From Acidobacteriota bacterium (GTDB lineage Bacteria; Actinomycetota; Acidimicrobiia; Spongiisociales; ZC4RG35), in the NCBI GenBank assembly GCA_004356805.1, contig SMXW01000045.1:20216-84215 (forward strand): a stretch of DNA of 64,000 bases, in the 5' to 3' direction. The notes below the pieces were generated by a model that saw only the letters and a program-made list of their open reading frames with translations, made no database searches and was not told where the DNA came from. This document shows positions 59,590 through 64,000 of this stretch, piece after piece (the first letter of the stretch is position 1; every line of letters begins with the position of its first letter). Made by a program: the position numbers and the translations under genes.

Positions 59590-60395
59590 GCGTCTCCGCC
59601 CCTTCCCGAATCTCGGGGATCGGTCGATTGACTCCGTTCCGCGCTCAGCGGATCTGGGAGCACAACTACATCGCCTACCGGCGGCTCTGGAAGGTTGTGT
59701 TCAGCGGGTTTTTCGAACCGGTCTTCTATCTGTTCTCGGTCGGCGTAGGGATCGGAGCACTTGTCGGCGACGTGTCAGGTCCCGGCGGTGTGCCAGTTTC
59801 TTACGCCGCCTTCGTGGCACCCGCCTTGATGGCGGCGTCGGCGATGAATGGCGCAGTAATCGAGACGACCTTCAACATTTTCTTCAAGCTCCGATTCCAG
59901 AACGTCTACGAGGGAATCCTGACCACGCCGATGCAACCGGCGGACATTGCGATCGGGGAGATCGGTTGGGCCCTGCTGCGAGGAGTCCTCTACTCGTCGA
60001 CCTTCATCATCGTGATGGTTGTGATGGGTTTGACGACATCGTGGCTGGCGATCCTCGCCATCCCAGGCTCGGTCCTCGTCGGGTTCGCCTTCGGCGCCGT
60101 CGGCCTGGCCGCCACCACCTACATGAGGTCGTGGCAGGACTTCGATCTGGTCACTCTTGCCACCATGCCCATGTTCCTCTTCTCGGGAACCTTTTATCCG
60201 CTCGACGTCTACCCGCCGGCTATCCAATTGGTCGCCAAGATCTCACCGCTTTATCACGGAACCGAGCTGCTCAGGGGTTTCACGCTTGGAGTGTTGGACT
60301 GGACGATGCTCGTTCACGCCCTGTTCCTGCTGGTCATGGGTCTGATCGGGGCAGCCATCGCCAACCGTAGGCTCGACGCAATGCTGCGCAAGTAG
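59586..60395 (+). CDS. ABC-2 family transporter permease (second subunit)
   Basis: Start MSVSAPS overlaps the upstream stop (ATGA). 6 TM. Paralogous to the preceding permease. Confidence 0.75.
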   Translation: MSVSAPSRISGIGRLTPFRAQRIWEHNYIAYRRLWKVVFSGFFEPVFYLFSVGVGIGALVGDVSGPGGVPVSYAAFVAPALMAASAMNGAVIETTFNIFFKLRFQNVYEGILTTPMQPADIAIGEIGWALLRGVLYSSTFIIVMVVMGLTTSWLAILAIPGSVLVGFAFGAVGLAATTYMRSWQDFDLVTLATMPMFLFSGTFYPLDVYPPAIQLVAKISPLYHGTELLRGFTLGVLDWTMLVHALFLLVMGLIGAAIANRRLDAMLRK

Positions 60396-60413
60396 TCGAG
60401 AGCCCTCACACCG

Positions 60414-60761
60414 CTAGGTGGTTCCGTCGGAAGGTAGGCCCGGGTCGATGCGGTCCCACAACTCGTGGTCGACCAACGACTCATACTCCGGGTGTTTGTC
60501 GACAAACGCTCTTATAAAGGGGCAAATGGGGATGATCATCCCGCCTTTTGCCTTGACGTCGTCGAGCGCATAGCGAGCGAGCACTGATCCGACACCCTGA
60601 CCGCCAAATCCCAGCTTGATCTCTGTGTGAACGAAGAAATGTCGCCCACCACGGATGTGATATACGGTGTAGCCGGCGACCTTCCCGTCGACTTCGACCA
60701 CGTACCGATCATGTTCGCCATCGTCGTGGACGGTTATCTCGGCGCTGTCGGTCTCGCTCAT
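60414..60761 (-). CDS. GNAT-family N-acetyltransferase (small, YjdJ-like)
   Basis: LGFGGQGVGSVLARYALDDVKAKGGMIIPICPF acetyl-CoA binding region. Confidence 0.6.
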   Translation of the reverse strand: MSETDSAEITVHDDGEHDRYVVEVDGKVAGYTVYHIRGGRHFFVHTEIKLGFGGQGVGSVLARYALDDVKAKGGMIIPICPFIRAFVDKHPEYESLVDHELWDRIDPGLPSDGTT

Positions 60762-60836
60762 GAGTGTAGGCAGCGAACATACAACGAATACGGCTGAGCA
60801 CGCGTCGCCAGCCAAGCTTTAGGCTTCCTACATCTC

Positions 60837-62504
60837 ATGCTTGACCTGACCTTTCCACTCCACGCCCCGCGTGGAAGCAACCTGAACACAAACGGTTGGC
60901 TTCAAGAAGCTGTCCTCCGCTGTCTCCTCAACAATCTTGATCCCGATGTCGCGGAGGACCCGGAGAATCTGATCGTCTACGGCGGGCGGGGCAAGGCAGC
61001 CCGCAACATCGATGCCCTCCATGCCATCGTCGCAACGCTGCAGAGACTCAAGAACGATGAGACGCTTCTAGTGCAATCAGGCAAGCCGGTAGGCGTGTTT
61101 CGGACTCACGACATGGCGCCTCGGGTCCTCATCGCCAACAGCATCCTCGTTCCCCGATGGGCCACTCTCGAACACTTCTGGAAGCTCGAAGCCGAAGGTC
61201 TGATCATGTATGGGCAGATGACCGCAGGCTCCTGGATCTACATCGGAACTCAGGGGATTCTCCAGGGCACGTATCAAACGTTCGTGGCAATCGCAGAGAA
61301 GAGCTTTGGTGGAAGCCTGGCCGGCACACTCACTTTGACAGGTGGCCTCGGCGGCATGGGTGGCGCTCAGCCTCTGGCGATAACCATGAACGGTGGTGTC
61401 GCTTTATGCATCGACGTCGACCCCGGCAGAATCCAACGTCGCCTCGAGACCGAGTATCTCGACGTACTGGCAGACTCGATCGAAGACGCAGTCGACCTTG
61501 CCCTGGTCGCCAAGCGCGACCGCAAGCCACTATCGATTGGCCTTCTGGGGAACGCCGCAGACCTGTTCCCGGAGTTGCTGAGGATCGGCCTAGATGTCGA
61601 CATCGTCACTGATCAGACCTCGGCTCACGACCCACTCCACGGATACATCCCTACCGGCTACAGCCTCGACGAAGCTACCCGGTTGAGGGACGACGACCCT
61701 GACACCTACATCAAGGCTGCCCGGGAGTCGATGGCTACGCAGTGTGAAGCCATGGTGGGCTTCCAAACAGCGGGAGCAGAGGTGTTCGACTACGGCAACA
61801 ATCTCCGCGGGGAAGCGCAGACAGCCGGGTATGACGACGCCTTTTCCTATCCGGGCTTCGTACCCGCTTACATCCGCGATCTCTTTTGCGAAGGTTCGGG
61901 GCCTTTCCGGTGGGTGGCGCTGAGCGGTGACCCGGCCGATATCGCAGCTACCGACGATGCACTGCTGGATCTGTTCCCCGAAAACGATGCCCTGGCACGC
62001 TGGATCCAATTGGCCCACGAAAAGGTTCACTACCAGGGGCTTCCCGCCCGCATCTGCTGGCTTTCCTACGGCGAGCGCCACCTCGCCGGTCTACGTTTCA
62101 ATGACCTCGTCGCCTCCGGTGAGGTCTCGGCGCCGATTGTCATCGGCCGCGACCATCTCGACTCGGGCTCGGTCGCATCCCCATATCGGGAAACCGAGGC
62201 GATGGCCGACGGGTCGGATGCGATTGCGGACTGGCCCATCCTCAATGCCATGCTCAACGTCTCCTCGGGAGCCGCCTGGGTTGCCGTTCACCATGGCGGT
62301 GGGGTCGGAATCGGGAACTCGATCCACTCCGGGGCCCAGGTAGTGGCCGATGGCACAAAACAGGGGGCGTTCCGGGTGGAGCGGGTTCTGACCAACGACC
62401 CGGGAACCGGCGTGATGCGACACGCCGACGCAGGCTACGAGAAGGCCCGGCAGGTCGCCCGAGATCGCGGCGTCGACATTCCCATGCTCGATGCCGATAC
62501 TTGA
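60837..62504 (+). CDS. hutU: urocanate hydratase
   Basis: Collinear with characterised HutU ([49 protein letters not shown]). Confidence 0.9.
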   Translation: MLDLTFPLHAPRGSNLNTNGWLQEAVLRCLLNNLDPDVAEDPENLIVYGGRGKAARNIDALHAIVATLQRLKNDETLLVQSGKPVGVFRTHDMAPRVLIANSILVPRWATLEHFWKLEAEGLIMYGQMTAGSWIYIGTQGILQGTYQTFVAIAEKSFGGSLAGTLTLTGGLGGMGGAQPLAITMNGGVALCIDVDPGRIQRRLETEYLDVLADSIEDAVDLALVAKRDRKPLSIGLLGNAADLFPELLRIGLDVDIVTDQTSAHDPLHGYIPTGYSLDEATRLRDDDPDTYIKAARESMATQCEAMVGFQTAGAEVFDYGNNLRGEAQTAGYDDAFSYPGFVPAYIRDLFCEGSGPFRWVALSGDPADIAATDDALLDLFPENDALARWIQLAHEKVHYQGLPARICWLSYGERHLAGLRFNDLVASGEVSAPIVIGRDHLDSGSVASPYRETEAMADGSDAIADWPILNAMLNVSSGAAWVAVHHGGGVGIGNSIHSGAQVVADGTKQGAFRVERVLTNDPGTGVMRHADAGYEKARQVARDRGVDIPMLDADT

Positions 62505-63390
62505 TCCGGGTTGGCCTCGCGCCGACGTCTGGCTGGCACAGGAGCATCCGGATCCGGACGTCCTGGTCGTCGGGGTGCCCTCCGCCAAGGCATCGCTGAC
62601 TCCGTCGCGAGCCGACCTGACCCCCTTTGCCCTTCGTGACCGTCTGACTCGGTTCTCCACCTTCCACAGCGAGTGGGGGGCAAACCTCGCTGATGTGACC
62701 GTGCGAGACGTCGGCAACTGGCCGATCTCCGAACTGGACATGCACACGATGCCCGAGGCTGTGACCGAGTTGGCGACCAAACTCCCCAACGTCCCCCTGA
62801 CCCTCTACATCGGCGGTGACAACGCCATCACCCGTCCTCTGGTCGCGGCCATGGCTGGCGATCTGTCTCGAATTGGTGTCATTACCTTTGATGCCCATCA
62901 CGACGTGCGCTCGCTCGACAACGGGCCGACCAACGGGACCCCCATACGTGGTCTGATCGAGGAGAACGGGATTCCGGGGGTCAACGTCGTCCAGATCGGC
63001 ATCCACTCCTTCGCCAATTCGGCGGAGTACAGGGCCTACTGCGACGAAGCAGGGATACAGGTGGTCATCGTCGAGCAGGTGGAGCGCGACGGTATCCGTA
63101 GCGTCGTCGAGAATGTCCTTGCCATCCTGGCCGAGCGATGTGACTCCATCTATGTCGACGTTGACCTCGACGTGCTCGATCGCGTCTTCGCCCCTGCGTG
63201 TCCGGGTGCCAGCCCAGGTGGCTTGACCATCCGCCAGCTAGCCGAGGGCGTTCGCCGGTGTGCCGGTCACCCGAAGGTGCGAGCGATGGATTTTGTCGAA
63301 GTTGATGCCGAAGCGGACACCCATGGCATCACACTCGATTCCACCGCCCACGTTTTACTTTCAGCCGTGGCAGGTTATAGCGAACGCTGA
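62491..63390 (+). CDS. hutG: formimidoylglutamase (arginase/ureohydrolase family)
   Basis: Arginase-fold metal-binding motifs ([20 protein letters not shown]). Follows hutU with overlap. Confidence 0.75.
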   Translation: MPILDPGWPRADVWLAQEHPDPDVLVVGVPSAKASLTPSRADLTPFALRDRLTRFSTFHSEWGANLADVTVRDVGNWPISELDMHTMPEAVTELATKLPNVPLTLYIGGDNAITRPLVAAMAGDLSRIGVITFDAHHDVRSLDNGPTNGTPIRGLIEENGIPGVNVVQIGIHSFANSAEYRAYCDEAGIQVVIVEQVERDGIRSVVENVLAILAERCDSIYVDVDLDVLDRVFAPACPGASPGGLTIRQLAEGVRRCAGHPKVRAMDFVEVDAEADTHGITLDSTAHVLLSAVAGYSER

Positions 63391-63410
63391 TGCAACCAGA
63401 CGACCGAGCA

Positions 63411-64000
63411 TGGGGTTCTACACACCGATGAACCAGACATTGGCCAACGTCGCTGTTGTGGCCGCCACCGTGGGCACGATCGCCTTTCTCGTTCCACAGA
63501 TCTCGAAGCTGATCCGAACCGGGGACTCAGCCGGTGTCTCGACCACCTGGGCGGCCTTGGGACTGGTCACCAATGTCGGGTGGTTTGCCTACATGATCAA
63601 CCAGAGCCTTTGGGCGGCGATCCTTGCACCGTTTGTCACCATCCTTGCGTACGCGTTGACCATGTGGGCGCTGGTGCGGACCGGGCGCGATCCGAGGAAA
63701 AGCTATCTGGTGGCCGTCGTGTGGGGAGTGCTGTTGATGGCTACGGCTCTTCTCGCGGGCTGGACGACACTCGGCGTCGTTCTCGGCTTGTCCTACGGGG
63801 TGATGCTCACCCCCTCGGTTTGGACCGCATTTCGCACCGCCGACCCGTCCGGAATCTCATCGGGGACCTGGTGGATCGGGATTGCAGAAGCCTTTCTCTG
63901 GGGCTACTACGGATGGTTCCACGCCGACGTCGGGATTCTCACCTTCTCCGTGGTCGGTCTCGTCGGATCCGTGCTGATCCTGGCCCGATACCACTCGACC
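63411..64000 (+). CDS. PQ-loop-like (SemiSWEET/LAB_N-type) membrane protein, 3' partial at window end
   Basis: Not in the ORF track because there is no stop before the window end. ATG at 63411. Hydrophobic helices with VPQISKL PQ-motif. The ORF continues to position 64000. Confidence 0.4.

Noticed and set aside
1-64000. Mobile elements, CRISPR arrays, rRNA/tRNA genes
   Set aside because: No transposase/integrase/recombinase-like ORFs, no regularly spaced short repeats, and no tRNA-like cloverleaf candidates were seen.

Overview
This is a high-GC window (about 70% GC) with short overlapping gene junctions (ATGA/TGATG), typical of Actinomycetota; the taxon is inferred from composition only. 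Two respiratory loci dominate it.

(1) A complete 14-gene nuoA-N NADH:quinone oxidoreductase operon on the minus strand (18385 to 3785). Its genes are translationally coupled. A bactofilin-like gene overlaps the nuoN stop. Upstream of nuoA lie an adjacent rex gene and a candidate Rex operator.

(2) An unusual menaquinol/cytochrome cluster (22417-31621). Its minus-strand arm encodes a Rieske protein, a split cytochrome b (b6-like plus subunit-IV-like), a diheme cytochrome c, a 2x[4Fe-4S] ferredoxin and two small membrane proteins. The divergent plus-strand arm encodes a 12-TM protein with a heme-copper-oxidase-subunit-I-like topology but without the canonical His ligands, followed by two tandem membrane-anchored monoheme c-type cytochromes. 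Three of these proteins share a roughly 30-residue N-terminal module.

Several other loci stand out:
- A redoxin-like gene (AhpC/TSA_2 / PRXL2 / SelU-like) with an in-frame TGA exactly at the first position of a UxxC redox motif and a downstream hairpin. It is a candidate selenoprotein next to lutABC.
- A MoaD/ThiS-like beta-grasp domain ending in GG, fused in frame to a polytopic membrane domain.
- Class II (B12-dependent) ribonucleotide reductase nrdJ, preceded by a 625-bp leader with palindromes.
- An AzgA-type purine permease remnant with an in-frame TAG.
- azlCD, deoD, an ABC-2 exporter, hutU-hutG, acdS (ACC deaminase), moaA, a Clp1-like P-loop kinase and a DUF62 SAM hydroxide adenosyltransferase.

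I found no transposases, integrases, CRISPR arrays, rRNA or tRNA.
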